Both the position numbers and the translations under genes were made by a program. Source: Bdellovibrionales bacterium (GTDB lineage Bacteria; Pseudomonadota; Alphaproteobacteria; UBA9219). From it: 64,000 nucleotides of DNA. The notes below the pieces were generated by a model. The model ran no database searches, was not told the DNA's origin, and was given only the letters and a program-made list of their open reading frames with translations. This document shows positions 54,774 to 64,000 of the stretch, piece by piece (position 1 is the first letter of the stretch; every line of letters begins with the position of its first letter). The stretch covers positions 142,531 through 206,530 of the forward strand of contig JBAZRW010000003.1 of assembly GCA_041662785.1 (NCBI GenBank), given 5' to 3'.

Positions 54774-55714
54774 CGGGCTGGATCTTTGCGCTTGTTCAAA
54801 CGCTTTGCGTTGTCCTTTTTGCTCCCTTTTTGGCCGGTTGGGTCAAATGGGTAAAATGTAAGTTGCAGAACAGGCAGGGGCCTGCTCCATGGCAACCCTA
54901 TCGTGATCTGCTGCGCCTTTCCAGAAAGCAGGTTGTGCTGGCGGATGTGGCTTCGCCCATTTTCCGTGCTGCGCCTTATATTGTTTTCGGCGCCACTGTC
55001 GTCGCCGCCTCTGTTTTGCCCATCGTCTCGACGCAGCTGCCCACAGCGGCTTTGGCGGATGTTATCGTTTTGGTTGGGATTTTCGCTCTTACGCGCTTCT
55101 TCCTCGCCTTGGCGGGCATGGATGTCGGCACGTCCTTTGGCGGTATGGGTTCTTCGCGTGAGGTGACTCTATCCTCTCTTGCCGAGCCTGCGCTTTTGAT
55201 GACCTTCTTCACGTTGGCGATGAACGTATCCAGCACCAACCTGTCCTCTGCCGTGTCCCATCTTGCTCAGGCTAACTTTACCTTAGCGCCGTCGCTCATC
55301 TTTTCTTTTATGGCGCTGCTTCTTGTCGCCGTGGCAGAAACAGGGCGCATTCCTATTGATAATCCTGCCACGCATCTTGAGCTTACCATGATTCATGAAG
55401 CCATGATTCTGGAGTACAGTGGCCGCCACCTCCTTTTGATGGAGTGGGCTTCCATGCTCAAGCTCACGCTCTATTCGATTTTGATCGTCAACCTGATCGT
55501 TCCATGGGGCGTGGCAATGACGATGGAGCCGAAGGATGTTGCGTTTGCCGCTATCACCGTGTTGGGCAAGTTAATGGCGCTTGGCATTTTGCTGGCGGTT
55601 TCAGAAACGTCTCAAGCCAAAATGCGTTTGTTCCGCGCCCCCCAATATCTTGGCATGGCCTTTATTCTGTCCCTTCTTGGGATGATGAGCCATATTATCC
55701 TAGAGGTTCGATAA
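54770..55714 (+). CDS. hyfC: formate hydrogenlyase subunit 4-like (HyfC/HycD, NuoH-type)
   Basis: 314 aa; start overlaps the hyfB stop; resembles HycD throughout (RQGPAPWQPYRDLLRL...). Confidence 0.85.
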   Translation: MTGWIFALVQTLCVVLFAPFLAGWVKWVKCKLQNRQGPAPWQPYRDLLRLSRKQVVLADVASPIFRAAPYIVFGATVVAASVLPIVSTQLPTAALADVIVLVGIFALTRFFLALAGMDVGTSFGGMGSSREVTLSSLAEPALLMTFFTLAMNVSSTNLSSAVSHLAQANFTLAPSLIFSFMALLLVAVAETGRIPIDNPATHLELTMIHEAMILEYSGRHLLLMEWASMLKLTLYSILIVNLIVPWGVAMTMEPKDVAFAAITVLGKLMALGILLAVSETSQAKMRLFRAPQYLGMAFILSLLGMMSHIILEVR

Positions 55715-55715
55715 C

Positions 55716-56393
55716 ATGCTTATAGCTTCTCTCTCGATGCCTGAACAGGTAACGCTGACGCTGTCAGCGCTGATCTTGCTTTCCTCTTTTCTTCTGCTGG
55801 CTCAGGTGCGTGTCGACAGCTTGATCAACACCTTTGCGCTGCAAGGCCTGCTGTTGTTTTCCGCAACGCTTGCCATTGCGTTTATATCAGGGAAGTATGA
55901 CCTCCTGATCTCGGCGGCTCTGACCCTTGGCCTCAAGGTTATTTTTATCCCCTCGCTGTTACGCAGACTTATTATTCGGTTGGATATCCATCGCGAGATT
56001 GAGGTTCTCGTTAAGCCTTCCTTGGTCATGCTTTTTGGCGGGGGTCTTGTTCTTTTCAGCTATTATGTCTCGCTGCCCATTACCGAGTTGTCTCTGTTGT
56101 CCACGCGAAACACGATTGCCATTTCCTTGGCCGTTGTTCTGATCGGCATGCTGATGATCATCTCTAGGCGCAAGGCCATCTCGCAAGTTATCGGCTTTAT
56201 GTCGATGGAAAACGGCCTTTTCTTTGCCGCTGTCGTTTCCACGTTCGGTATGCCCATGGTCGTCGAGCTTGGGATTGCCTTTGACGTGCTGGTAGCCGTT
56301 ATTCTGTTTGGCGTCTTCTTCTTCCACATTCGTGCCGAAATCGGCAGCCTAGATACGGACCGCCTAAATCGTTTGAATGAGGTCGATAAATGA
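55716..56393 (+). CDS. hyfE: hydrogenase-4 component E-like small membrane subunit (HyfE)
   Basis: 225-aa polytopic membrane protein in the HyfE position and size. Confidence 0.7.
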   Translation: MLIASLSMPEQVTLTLSALILLSSFLLLAQVRVDSLINTFALQGLLLFSATLAIAFISGKYDLLISAALTLGLKVIFIPSLLRRLIIRLDIHREIEVLVKPSLVMLFGGGLVLFSYYVSLPITELSLLSTRNTIAISLAVVLIGMLMIISRRKAISQVIGFMSMENGLFFAAVVSTFGMPMVVELGIAFDVLVAVILFGVFFFHIRAEIGSLDTDRLNRLNEVDK

Positions 56394-57856
56394 TTGCTCT
56401 TTACTTTACCCTTTTGTTTCCTTTTTCAGGCGCACTTCTCTTGGGATTAATAGGCCATTGGAAGTCGGCCAAATATGTGAACATGACCATCTGCTGGGGG
56501 ACGCTTATCGCCGCCTTCTTGTTGGCCCTAGATGTTTTTGAAAAAGGCCCCATCTTGTCCTCTGGCAAGCTCTTTTATATCGATGCCTTCAACGTCTATC
56601 TTATCTTGCTCAATGCCTTTGTCGGCCTGACAACCTCTATTTTTTCTGGCCCCTACATGAGCCATGAAAGGGATATTGGACGCGTTGGTGATAAGCGGAT
56701 GAGGCTCTATCACTCGATGTTTCAAGGCTTCCTTTTCACGATGCTAGCCGCGCTATCGACCAATAACCTTGGCATCCTTTGGGTGTCTATCGAGGCCGCC
56801 ACCTTGACGACTGTCCTGTTGGTTAGCCTTTACCGCACCCATGAATCGATTGAGGCGGGCTGGAAGTACTTTATCATTTGCGGCGTCGGCATTTCGCAAG
56901 CCTTGTTCGGCACGATCCTCGTCTATTTCGCTTCGGCAAAGGTTATTCCGGGGCATGAAGACGGCCTGCTCTGGACAGTATTGCAAACCTACGCCGCTCA
57001 TATGGACAAAGGCGTGATGGCCTTGGCTTTTGTTTTCCTCCTTGTCGGTTACGGAACAAAGGTTGGTTTGGTTCCTTTGCACAATTGGCTTCCTGACGCG
57101 CATTCCGAAGGCCCGACTCCTATGTCGGCCATTCTCTCCGGCCTTCTTCTGAACGTTGCTCTATACGCGCTTGTTCGCTTTAAAATGCTGGCGGATCCGT
57201 CCCTCGGCAACCATCTGGCGGGTAATTTGATGATGGGCTTTGGCATGCTGTCGTTCTCTGTCGCAGGCATTCTGCTTCATCGCCAATACGACATCAAACG
57301 GATGTTCAGCTATTCCTCGATTGAGCATATGGGACTAATGACCTTTGCCTTTGGTATTGGCGGACCCTTGGCCACGTTTGGGGCGCTTTTGCATATGATC
57401 GTTCACTCCCTGACGAAATCGGCTATTTTCGTCACGGTAGGGCACGCCTCTCAAATTGCGGGCACGCAGGTGATCAGCAAAATACGCGGCCTTGTTCGCT
57501 CTAACCCTGCTGTGGGGTGGAGTCTTTTGCTGGGAACCTGCGCTATTGCGGGCTTCCCACCCTTCGGCGTCTTTACCAGCGAGTTTCTTCTCTTTACGGC
57601 CACGATCAAAAGTTATCCATGGCTTGTCTTGCCGCTTCTTGTTGGCTTGGCGGTCGCTTTTGCCGGACTGTTTCGGAACATTCAGCCCATGGTCTTTGGC
57701 GAGCCGCCAGAGAACCAGCGCAAAGTGCCCGTTAATATGTGGCCTGTATTCATTCATCTGGCCTTGGTGCTGTGGCTCGGTCTTGCTATTCCGACCGTCT
57801 TGGCTCAATGGCTTAATCAAGCAACCATCATGATCGTTGGACAGGGCGTGCTATGA
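56390..57856 (+). CDS. hyfF: hydrogenase-4 component F-like (HyfF, NuoN/M-type antiporter-like)
   Basis: 488 aa; Mrp/Nuo antiporter motifs (LVPLHNWLPDAHSEGPTPMSAILSG). Overlaps both neighbours by 4 nt. Confidence 0.8.
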   Translation: MIALYFTLLFPFSGALLLGLIGHWKSAKYVNMTICWGTLIAAFLLALDVFEKGPILSSGKLFYIDAFNVYLILLNAFVGLTTSIFSGPYMSHERDIGRVGDKRMRLYHSMFQGFLFTMLAALSTNNLGILWVSIEAATLTTVLLVSLYRTHESIEAGWKYFIICGVGISQALFGTILVYFASAKVIPGHEDGLLWTVLQTYAAHMDKGVMALAFVFLLVGYGTKVGLVPLHNWLPDAHSEGPTPMSAILSGLLLNVALYALVRFKMLADPSLGNHLAGNLMMGFGMLSFSVAGILLHRQYDIKRMFSYSSIEHMGLMTFAFGIGGPLATFGALLHMIVHSLTKSAIFVTVGHASQIAGTQVISKIRGLVRSNPAVGWSLLLGTCAIAGFPPFGVFTSEFLLFTATIKSYPWLVLPLLVGLAVAFAGLFRNIQPMVFGEPPENQRKVPVNMWPVFIHLALVLWLGLAIPTVLAQWLNQATIMIVGQGVL

Positions 57857-59460
57857 CAAAATCAGTACATAAAGGGCAACTTGAATCCCCCGTTGTGGCT
57901 TCCCTTCCGACATTGCTGAACGAAGCAGGCATTCCGACGACAGAAATGCCCGCCGTCAAGGGCGCTGCCCGCGCGCTGTCCATCGACTCCCGTTTCTGGG
58001 CCAAAGCCGCTTCCGTTATGGCTGAAAACTATGTGCGTTGGTCAGCCGTATGGGGTGAGCATGACTCTCCCAACATTTTGATCAAGGCCGTTTTCGCCGC
58101 TCGTGATGGGCATGTCTTGCTTTGCACAAGCGTTCAAGAAACAGGCGGCGTGCTTCCGTCTCAAACACCATTCTTTCCGGCTGCCAATCGGCCAGAACGC
58201 ACACTTCAGGATATGTTCGGTATTCGTTTTTCCGATCATCCCGATCAGCGGCGCTGGCTGCGCCATTTGGCGTGGGGCGAAGATCAGTTTCCTCTCCGCA
58301 AGGAGTTTCCGCTGGCGGGAACACCGCAACAGGAAACGCCGCCTGATTGCCAATACGCGTTTATTCCGGCTGAAGGGGAGGGGCTCTATGAAATTCCTGT
58401 TGGCCCCGTCCATGCTGGCATTATCGAGCCTGGGCATTTCCGCTTTTCGGCAATGGGCGAGGATATCCTCAACTTGGAACAGCATCTAGGCTATGTCCAC
58501 AAAGGCATAGAAAAATGCGCCGAAGGCCGTGATGTGCAGGGGCTTCTTCGCCTTGCTGCGCGCGTCTCTGGAGACAGCACCGTCACCCATTCATGGGCCG
58601 CCTGTCAGGCTTGCGAAAATGCTGTTGGCCTTAAAGTTCCCGACCGCGCCCTTGTCATCCGCGCCATCCTTTCTGAAAGAGAGCGCATTGCCAATCATCT
58701 GGGTGACATTGGCGCTTGCTGTAATGATGTTGGCTTTGCCTTTGCTCTCGTGCAATTTGGCCGCCTGCGTGAGCTTTGGCAGCGTGATAACGCAACCGTT
58801 TTCGGTCATCGCTTTATGATGGATGTTGTAACGGCGGGCGGCGTAACCCGTGACATCTCGCCAGAGCACGTTGCCTTGCTGCAAAAATCCATCGTTCAGT
58901 TACGCAAAGAACTGAAAGAGCTTATCCCCATGCTGTGCGAATATCCTTCGTTGCAAGACCGCTTCCGCACGACGGGTATCCTATCGCCCCATGTTGCAAG
59001 AACCATTGGCGCTCTGGGCTATGTGGCTCGTGCCAGCGATGAGTGTTGGGACATGCGTCGCGATGCCCCCTATGCTCCGTATCAAAATGTTACAGTCGCC
59101 GTGCCTAACTGTAAAGAGGGCGATACGGCAGGACGCGTGCGCGTGCGTGGCGAGGAGCTTTTCATTTCTCTCGATCTGTTGGATAGCTTCCTATCAAACA
59201 TGCCGTCAGGCAAAATCAGCGCGGACTTCCACGCCCCCCAAACAGACTGCTTCGGCGTAGGCTTGGTTGAAGGGTGGAGGGGCGAAACCATCGCCTACGT
59301 TCACTTGGATAGCAACGGAACCGTGGCTCGTTATTTCCCGCGCGATGCAAGCTGGCTCAACTGGCCTGCTCTTGAGGCCCTGATTGGAGGTGTGATCGTT
59401 CCCGATTTCCCTCTTTGTAACAAATCCGTCAACGGCTCGTACTCAGGCCATGATGTTTAA
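57853..59460 (+). CDS. hyfG: [NiFe]-hydrogenase group-4 large subunit-like (HyfG/HycE, fused NuoC-NuoD type)
   Basis: N-terminal NuoC-like plus NuoD-like parts (GPVHAGIIEPGHFRFS...). N-terminal CxxC present (AACQAC); the C-terminal region has only one Cys (DFPLCNKS). Confidence 0.85.
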   Translation: MTKSVHKGQLESPVVASLPTLLNEAGIPTTEMPAVKGAARALSIDSRFWAKAASVMAENYVRWSAVWGEHDSPNILIKAVFAARDGHVLLCTSVQETGGVLPSQTPFFPAANRPERTLQDMFGIRFSDHPDQRRWLRHLAWGEDQFPLRKEFPLAGTPQQETPPDCQYAFIPAEGEGLYEIPVGPVHAGIIEPGHFRFSAMGEDILNLEQHLGYVHKGIEKCAEGRDVQGLLRLAARVSGDSTVTHSWAACQACENAVGLKVPDRALVIRAILSERERIANHLGDIGACCNDVGFAFALVQFGRLRELWQRDNATVFGHRFMMDVVTAGGVTRDISPEHVALLQKSIVQLRKELKELIPMLCEYPSLQDRFRTTGILSPHVARTIGALGYVARASDECWDMRRDAPYAPYQNVTVAVPNCKEGDTAGRVRVRGEELFISLDLLDSFLSNMPSGKISADFHAPQTDCFGVGLVEGWRGETIAYVHLDSNGTVARYFPRDASWLNWPALEALIGGVIVPDFPLCNKSVNGSYSGHDV

Positions 59461-59515
59461 GACAGGGTCGTTTCACCTTTTCGCAGTTTAACTCTTAGCT
59501 CATCGGATTGCTTCC

Positions 59516-60025
59516 ATGTTTCACGTTCTTTTCAAAAGCTTCAAAACGGGCTGTTTAACAGAAAAACTGCCCCCCCGTGATGAGTCTCTCGATCAAGTCG
59601 GTGAGGCTTGCCGCGAAGAGATTGCGCGTCTCTTCGGCAAAAGCATGGCCGTTCGCATGGTTGATGCGGGATCCTGCAATGGATGCGAGCTTGAAATGCA
59701 CGCGGTCAACAACGGTTTTTACGATATTGAGCGTTTTGGTATTCACTTCGTCGCCTCCCCCCGTCATGCCGATCTTTTGTTGGTAACGGGGCCTGTGTCG
59801 CGTCACATGCAAGCTGCGCTGAAACGCACCTATGACGCAACCCCTTCGCCCAAGGTCGTAATCGCGATGGGGGATTGCGCCGCATGCGGCGGCGAGTTTG
59901 GCGTGTCCTATGCTAGTTGTGGGGCTGTCTCGAACGTCATCCCCGTGGATGCCGTTATTCGCGGCTGTCCTCCGACCCCTCTACAACTCCTTCAGGGAAT
60001 TTTGGAAGTTCTTAAGGCTCGTTGA
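59516..60025 (+). CDS. hyfI: hydrogenase-4 small subunit-like (HyfI/HycG, NuoB-type, [4Fe-4S])
   Basis: Cluster ligands GSCNGCE, GDCAACGG, GCPPTP; strong match to HycG (RFGIHFVASPRHADLLLVTGPVSR). Confidence 0.8.
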   Translation: MFHVLFKSFKTGCLTEKLPPRDESLDQVGEACREEIARLFGKSMAVRMVDAGSCNGCELEMHAVNNGFYDIERFGIHFVASPRHADLLLVTGPVSRHMQAALKRTYDATPSPKVVIAMGDCAACGGEFGVSYASCGAVSNVIPVDAVIRGCPPTPLQLLQGILEVLKAR

Positions 60026-60297
60026 TAGCTTTTTGAGTCGGCTTTTCAGAATCCCACCCCGGTGGACACCTCTTGTTGCATAAAGGCAAAAAAAGGGGGG
60101 GGCAAAAAATTCGTTTACACTTATTTTACTTGTAATCGAATAAGGTTTGAATACTAATCATTAACCATGATTTCTTCCTCCGTTTTCGTCGTGGATGCCT
60201 GTAATCTTGTGGTTTTCCTGAATGAATCCAGCCCCCTTGATTCTGTTTAATGTGTCAAATCCTTGTCTCACTTCTTAAGCTTTTGCAGGAGTTCCCA

Positions 60298-60840
60298 ATG
60301 AAAAGAGTTTTCCTTACACGCGTTCTTGTTTGTGCTGGTTTCTTTGCCCTTGTTTGTGGCATGGCGGCTCCAGCACAAGCTGTTGATCAAGCGGATTTGA
60401 TGGTTGCGCTTAAAACCACACCGCTTCTAACGAATAAACTATCGGGCAGTGCCGTTATGGCGGTTGTGTTTGATCCCGCTGATGCAGCATCAAAAGCAGA
60501 GGCTGATTCGCTTAAAGCACTTCTCGATGCAGGGATCGACGCACCAGGTGGTGTTAAAATCACGGGGATGATGGTTCCTGTCGCCGAGGTTGGCAGTAAG
60601 CTTTCTTCCGCCAAGCTGGCCTTCATTACAAAGGGGGCTTGTACGGCTCCAGTGAGCACAGCGGCAAACGCGGCGGGTGTGTTGTCGATGTCAACCGATC
60701 TTGACTGCGTAAAAGGCAATAAGTGCATTCTAGGTATCGTCACGAAGCCAAGCGTTGAAATCTACTACAGCAAAACGGCAGCCGATGCAGCCAAAGTTGG
60801 CTTTGCGCAGGCGTTCACCATGCTCGTCAAACAAATCTAA
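60298..60840 (+). CDS. hypothetical periplasmic protein upstream of the TonB-dependent receptor gene
   Basis: Start trimmed to the ATG after AGGAG. Signal peptide (VLVCAGFFALVCGMAAPAQA); Ala-rich mature part with 3 Cys. Confidence 0.4.
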   Translation: MKRVFLTRVLVCAGFFALVCGMAAPAQAVDQADLMVALKTTPLLTNKLSGSAVMAVVFDPADAASKAEADSLKALLDAGIDAPGGVKITGMMVPVAEVGSKLSSAKLAFITKGACTAPVSTAANAAGVLSMSTDLDCVKGNKCILGIVTKPSVEIYYSKTAADAAKVGFAQAFTMLVKQI

Positions 60841-60887
60841 TATCTTTATCTGACAACGATCCAGAAAATACCCAAAGGAGTTACACT

Positions 60888-62915
60888 ATGAAAAAATCAT
60901 CTCTTTTCCTCTGCTCCATGTGCGCTTTTGCTGTAGCCATGTCATGCGGGACCTCAAGTCGTGCGAACGCTATGGACTATGGTTCATTAGAGGCGTTGTT
61001 CGGTGAACCGGTTACCACAAACGCCACGGGCACACCCCAACGCGCTAGTGAAGTTGCAGCGAACATGACCATCATTACGGCCGATCAAATCCGTCAATCG
61101 GGAAACCGCAGCATTCCTGAAATTATTGGTCAATATGTTACTGGTGTCGATGTTTTAAGAACCTCTTTAGGTGATTATGATGTTGGCGTTCGTGGACATC
61201 AGATGGTTTTCCAATCACGCCTTCTCGTTCTCGTTGATGGCCGTCAGGTTTTTATTGATGACTATTCCCGCACGGTCTGGAACAATCTCCCCGTCAACAT
61301 TGACGATGTGCGTCAAATTGAGGTTGTGAAGGGGCCCGCTTCGGCTCTCTTTGGCTCAAACGCCGCCAGTGGTGTTGTCAACATCATCACCTATAGCCCC
61401 GTCAGCGATAAAAACAACGTTGCGGCTGTAAGCTTGGGGACGCAGAATTCGCTAACAGGCGATGCAACGGTTACCAAGAATGGGACGTGGGGTGGCACTA
61501 AATTCTCGGCGGGTGGGTTAAGCGCCGATGAGTTTAAGACCGGCCATGCGGCAAACGACTCTTCCATCATTTATTCGCCAGAACGTCGTTTTGCCTCCAA
61601 CAGCTCTGTGTTTAATTTAACGCCTGATCTGACAGCCAACATGGAAGTGACGGCATCGGAGAGTAAGCAGAATGTGGCTTTGTCTGCTTTCAACTCCGTA
61701 GGTGCGGAGGATACGGCGACGTATTCGGCGCGTGGTGGGTTCAATTGGCAGACAGATTACGGCATGATCACGTCCGACACCTACTTCAATCACGCCTATG
61801 ACACCATCTACTCATCGATATCGACCACCATTCCTTTTGGTCTGACAACCGACTTAGTTGTTAGCAGCTTGAACGACCAGTTCAAGGTTGGCTCTGATCA
61901 CACGTTCCGTACTGGCCTTGAATATCGTCATAAAGACTTTAGGCTGACAGCCTACCAGATCGCACCCGGATCGCCCGCGTATCATGAGGACAACTATGCG
62001 GCAAGCGGAACATGGTTATGGCAGATCGCTAACAACTTATCGCTGACCAATGCGGTTCGGTTTGACCATCTGGACATGAACATGACGGGACAAATCCCGA
62101 CTGTGACTATGTTCTCGGACTCTGACTATAGCCATGCCATCAATACATGGAGTGCGAATTCCGCTCTGGCTTATAAGATGACGGATCTTGATACCTTCCG
62201 TTTGTCCTATGGGCGTGGCGTGCAAATGCCCAGCTTGCTGCAAAGCGGCTCTAACTTCCATACTTTGAACGGGGCCACCCCTGTTTCTCTGGAAGGGAGC
62301 GGGGATCTTAAACCAACGATTACGCAAAGCTATGAGGTTGCCTATGATCGTAAGATTGCCCCCATCTACTCGACAGCAAAACTGGCGACCTTCTATGTTA
62401 TGTCGCAGGATGTAGCCTCTTTCGTCAACAACGGCATGCAAAATGTCAACGGTTCTGTGGTTGATTTAATCAAGGCCGAAAACATTGGCGAGAGTCAGTC
62501 TTACGGTGGCGAAATTGCTTTAACGGGTAATCACAACGGGTTCCGTTGGGATGCCAGCTATAGCTTAGCTAAGGTGATCGATTCAGCCAGTGTTCTTGCT
62601 AATCAGGATTACCAAGGCTCTTCGCCAGAGCATCACTTCCGCTTTGGTCTCGGTTATACCTATAAGGATTGGGAGTTTGACGCGAATAGTCAGGTTATGT
62701 CCTCAACAAAAATCTTGCGTGACGCAACGGGTGCTGGTGCTATCCCCATTCCTGTTTCGGAATACATGACGGTTGGGGCGCGGGTTGGCTACAACCTGAT
62801 GGACAACCTGAATGTCGCGGTTTCTGGAACCAACCTTAATCGTCACACAATTGGAACAAGCCCGTATCCAGCTGTTGAGCGTCAGGCTTTTGTCACGCTT
62901 ACGGGTAAGTTCTAA
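60888..62915 (+). CDS. TonB-dependent outer-membrane receptor
   Basis: Signal peptide, plug domain (IEVVKGPASALFGSNAASGVVNIIT), 22-strand barrel length, C-terminal aromatic residue (…TLTGKF). Confidence 0.85.
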   Translation: MKKSSLFLCSMCAFAVAMSCGTSSRANAMDYGSLEALFGEPVTTNATGTPQRASEVAANMTIITADQIRQSGNRSIPEIIGQYVTGVDVLRTSLGDYDVGVRGHQMVFQSRLLVLVDGRQVFIDDYSRTVWNNLPVNIDDVRQIEVVKGPASALFGSNAASGVVNIITYSPVSDKNNVAAVSLGTQNSLTGDATVTKNGTWGGTKFSAGGLSADEFKTGHAANDSSIIYSPERRFASNSSVFNLTPDLTANMEVTASESKQNVALSAFNSVGAEDTATYSARGGFNWQTDYGMITSDTYFNHAYDTIYSSISTTIPFGLTTDLVVSSLNDQFKVGSDHTFRTGLEYRHKDFRLTAYQIAPGSPAYHEDNYAASGTWLWQIANNLSLTNAVRFDHLDMNMTGQIPTVTMFSDSDYSHAINTWSANSALAYKMTDLDTFRLSYGRGVQMPSLLQSGSNFHTLNGATPVSLEGSGDLKPTITQSYEVAYDRKIAPIYSTAKLATFYVMSQDVASFVNNGMQNVNGSVVDLIKAENIGESQSYGGEIALTGNHNGFRWDASYSLAKVIDSASVLANQDYQGSSPEHHFRFGLGYTYKDWEFDANSQVMSSTKILRDATGAGAIPIPVSEYMTVGARVGYNLMDNLNVAVSGTNLNRHTIGTSPYPAVERQAFVTLTGKF

Positions 62916-62948
62916 ACTAACGGACGTACAATAAATAAGGGGGTAGGG

Positions 62949-64000
62949 ATGGCATCGAACAGGTTCTCAACGGTCAATTGGCCTTTTGCGGTTAAGTTTG
63001 CCATCCCCGCTCTTCTTGTTTTTGCACTACTTATTTTTGTCGAGTTTCTTGGCCTTAACACCATTGGGCTCCTCAAAAATAGTATGGAAGACATTACGGA
63101 GCATAAATTTTCTTCAAATGTTCTTTTGTCGGATGTTGTTCAACAGTTCAGAGATGCCAATGGTCAGCTGCAGCAGATGCAACTGAACCAAGCCGCTGAA
63201 ATTAAGCAGGATGTTACAAAATCAGCAAAAGATATCGGTGATAAACTTGATGGCGTTGTCGCATCGCTTGAGCTTTACAAAAATCAGTATGCAGCCAAAG
63301 AAAATATCGCAAAAATAGATGACGCCATCGTCAACGTCAAAACGTACAAAGATGCCGTTGCTTTTGTCGCCAGCATGCTGGACGTTGATTTTAAAACGAC
63401 GGTCAATTTTCTCGTCCCTATCTCAAAAGCCTACAATAAAACGCTTGAGGACATTAACGTCATCGCCGCCACGTGCCTTAAAGATTCACAGGTTGTTTCT
63501 AAAGAGGCTATTCTGACCGTGTCAGAAGAAAAACAAACAATGTTTCTAACAAGCGTTATAGCTGTTATTTTTGTTCTCCTCGTTACATTATTGATTGTTC
63601 TTTCAACCGTTCGCTCAATTCAGCGTTTATCCAAGGCAACGCGACAGCTTGCTGATGGGGAAATGAACATTGATATTAATGGGCTTAAACGTAAGGACGA
63701 ACTTGGACAATTGGTCGATGCCTTATCCATATTCCGCGACAATATGGAGCGGGTTAATGCGCTGAAAGGCGAACAAGAACGCGCCGAAGAGAAAGCGCGC
63801 GAAGCTAAAAAACAAGCGCTCATGTCCTTGGCCCAAGATTTGGAACATGATGTAGGCGGCCTTGTTAGCGAAGTCGCCGCGACGACAAAGACGATGATGG
63901 ATGAAGCTATTTTGTTGGCCAAGTCAGCGGAGGCCATGTCTGCACAGGCCAATGAAGCATCCTTGATTTCAGGTCAAACCATGGAGGAGGCTCGTCACAC
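62949..64000 (+). CDS. methyl-accepting chemotaxis protein (3' end outside window)
   Basis: Open to the window edge; not in the ORF track. TM1 - periplasmic domain - TM2 - HAMP (LSKATRQLADGEMNID...LGQLVDALSIFRDNM) - start of MCP signalling domain. GGGGG RBS. Confidence 0.7.
   Translation, partial: MASNRFSTVNWPFAVKFAIPALLVFALLIFVEFLGLNTIGLLKNSMEDITEHKFSSNVLLSDVVQQFRDANGQLQQMQLNQAAEIKQDVTKSAKDIGDKLDGVVASLELYKNQYAAKENIAKIDDAIVNVKTYKDAVAFVASMLDVDFKTTVNFLVPISKAYNKTLEDINVIAATCLKDSQVVSKEAILTVSEEKQTMFLTSVIAVIFVLLVTLLIVLSTVRSIQRLSKATRQLADGEMNIDINGLKRKDELGQLVDALSIFRDNMERVNALKGEQERAEEKAREAKKQALMSLAQDLEHDVGGLVSEVAATTKTMMDEAILLAKSAEAMSAQANEASLISGQTMEEARH

Overview
This 64-kb window looks like an alphaproteobacterial chromosome segment (~55% GC) in which several conserved housekeeping operons are interrupted by inserted genes and miniature repeat elements. 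Genes are assigned from the translations, not from any database search.

Core genes in order:
- lpdA 3' end, BI-1/YccA-like protein, MscS-family channel, trpA-trpB (minus), rne.
- rpoB-rpoC, lipA-ung, tRNA-Gly, tRNA-Trp-secE-nusG-rplK-rplA.
- fabG-fabD, hldD-hldE, purE-purK, a SWIM/SNF2 helicase, trpS, murJ, a prepilin peptidase, a fasciclin-domain protein, tRNA-Pro.
- ispB, an N6-adenine methyltransferase, guaA, atpG-atpD-atpC.
- A six-gene Hyf/Hyc-like hydrogenase-4-type membrane complex (hyfB,C,E,F,G plus a NuoB-like small subunit).
- A periplasmic protein - TonB-dependent receptor - truncated chemoreceptor (MCP) cluster at the 3' edge.

Main non-canonical observations:
1. rpoB and rpoC are separated by ~840 bp carrying a free-standing GIY-YIG nuclease gene, a miniature inverted-repeat element (MITE)-like repeat and a small ORF.
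2. Two paralogous orphan family-3 solute-binding-protein genes sit inside conserved operons. One is in the rne 3' end, flanked by a perfect 61-bp direct repeat that duplicates the rne C-terminus. The other lies between nusG and rplK.
3. An unknown 167-aa gene is start/stop-coupled between atpG and atpD.
4. At least three families of short palindromic MITE-like repeats occur (GNRA/UUCG tetraloop hairpins, nested insertions). Copies flank low-GC orphan genes and sit at synteny break points: rplA is not followed by rplJL, and rpoB is preceded by rne.
5. tRNA-Gly and tRNA-Pro each have a short direct repeat of the tRNA 3' end next to the same GATCAAAAAC-palindrome-TTTTTGCCC motif. At tRNA-Gly there is also a 100-bp A-B-A' duplication creating a tRNA half-gene.
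6. The Hyf-like large subunit has an N-terminal CxxC but only one Cys in the C-terminal DPCxxC position, so it may be an Ehr-type (non-hydrogenase) complex.
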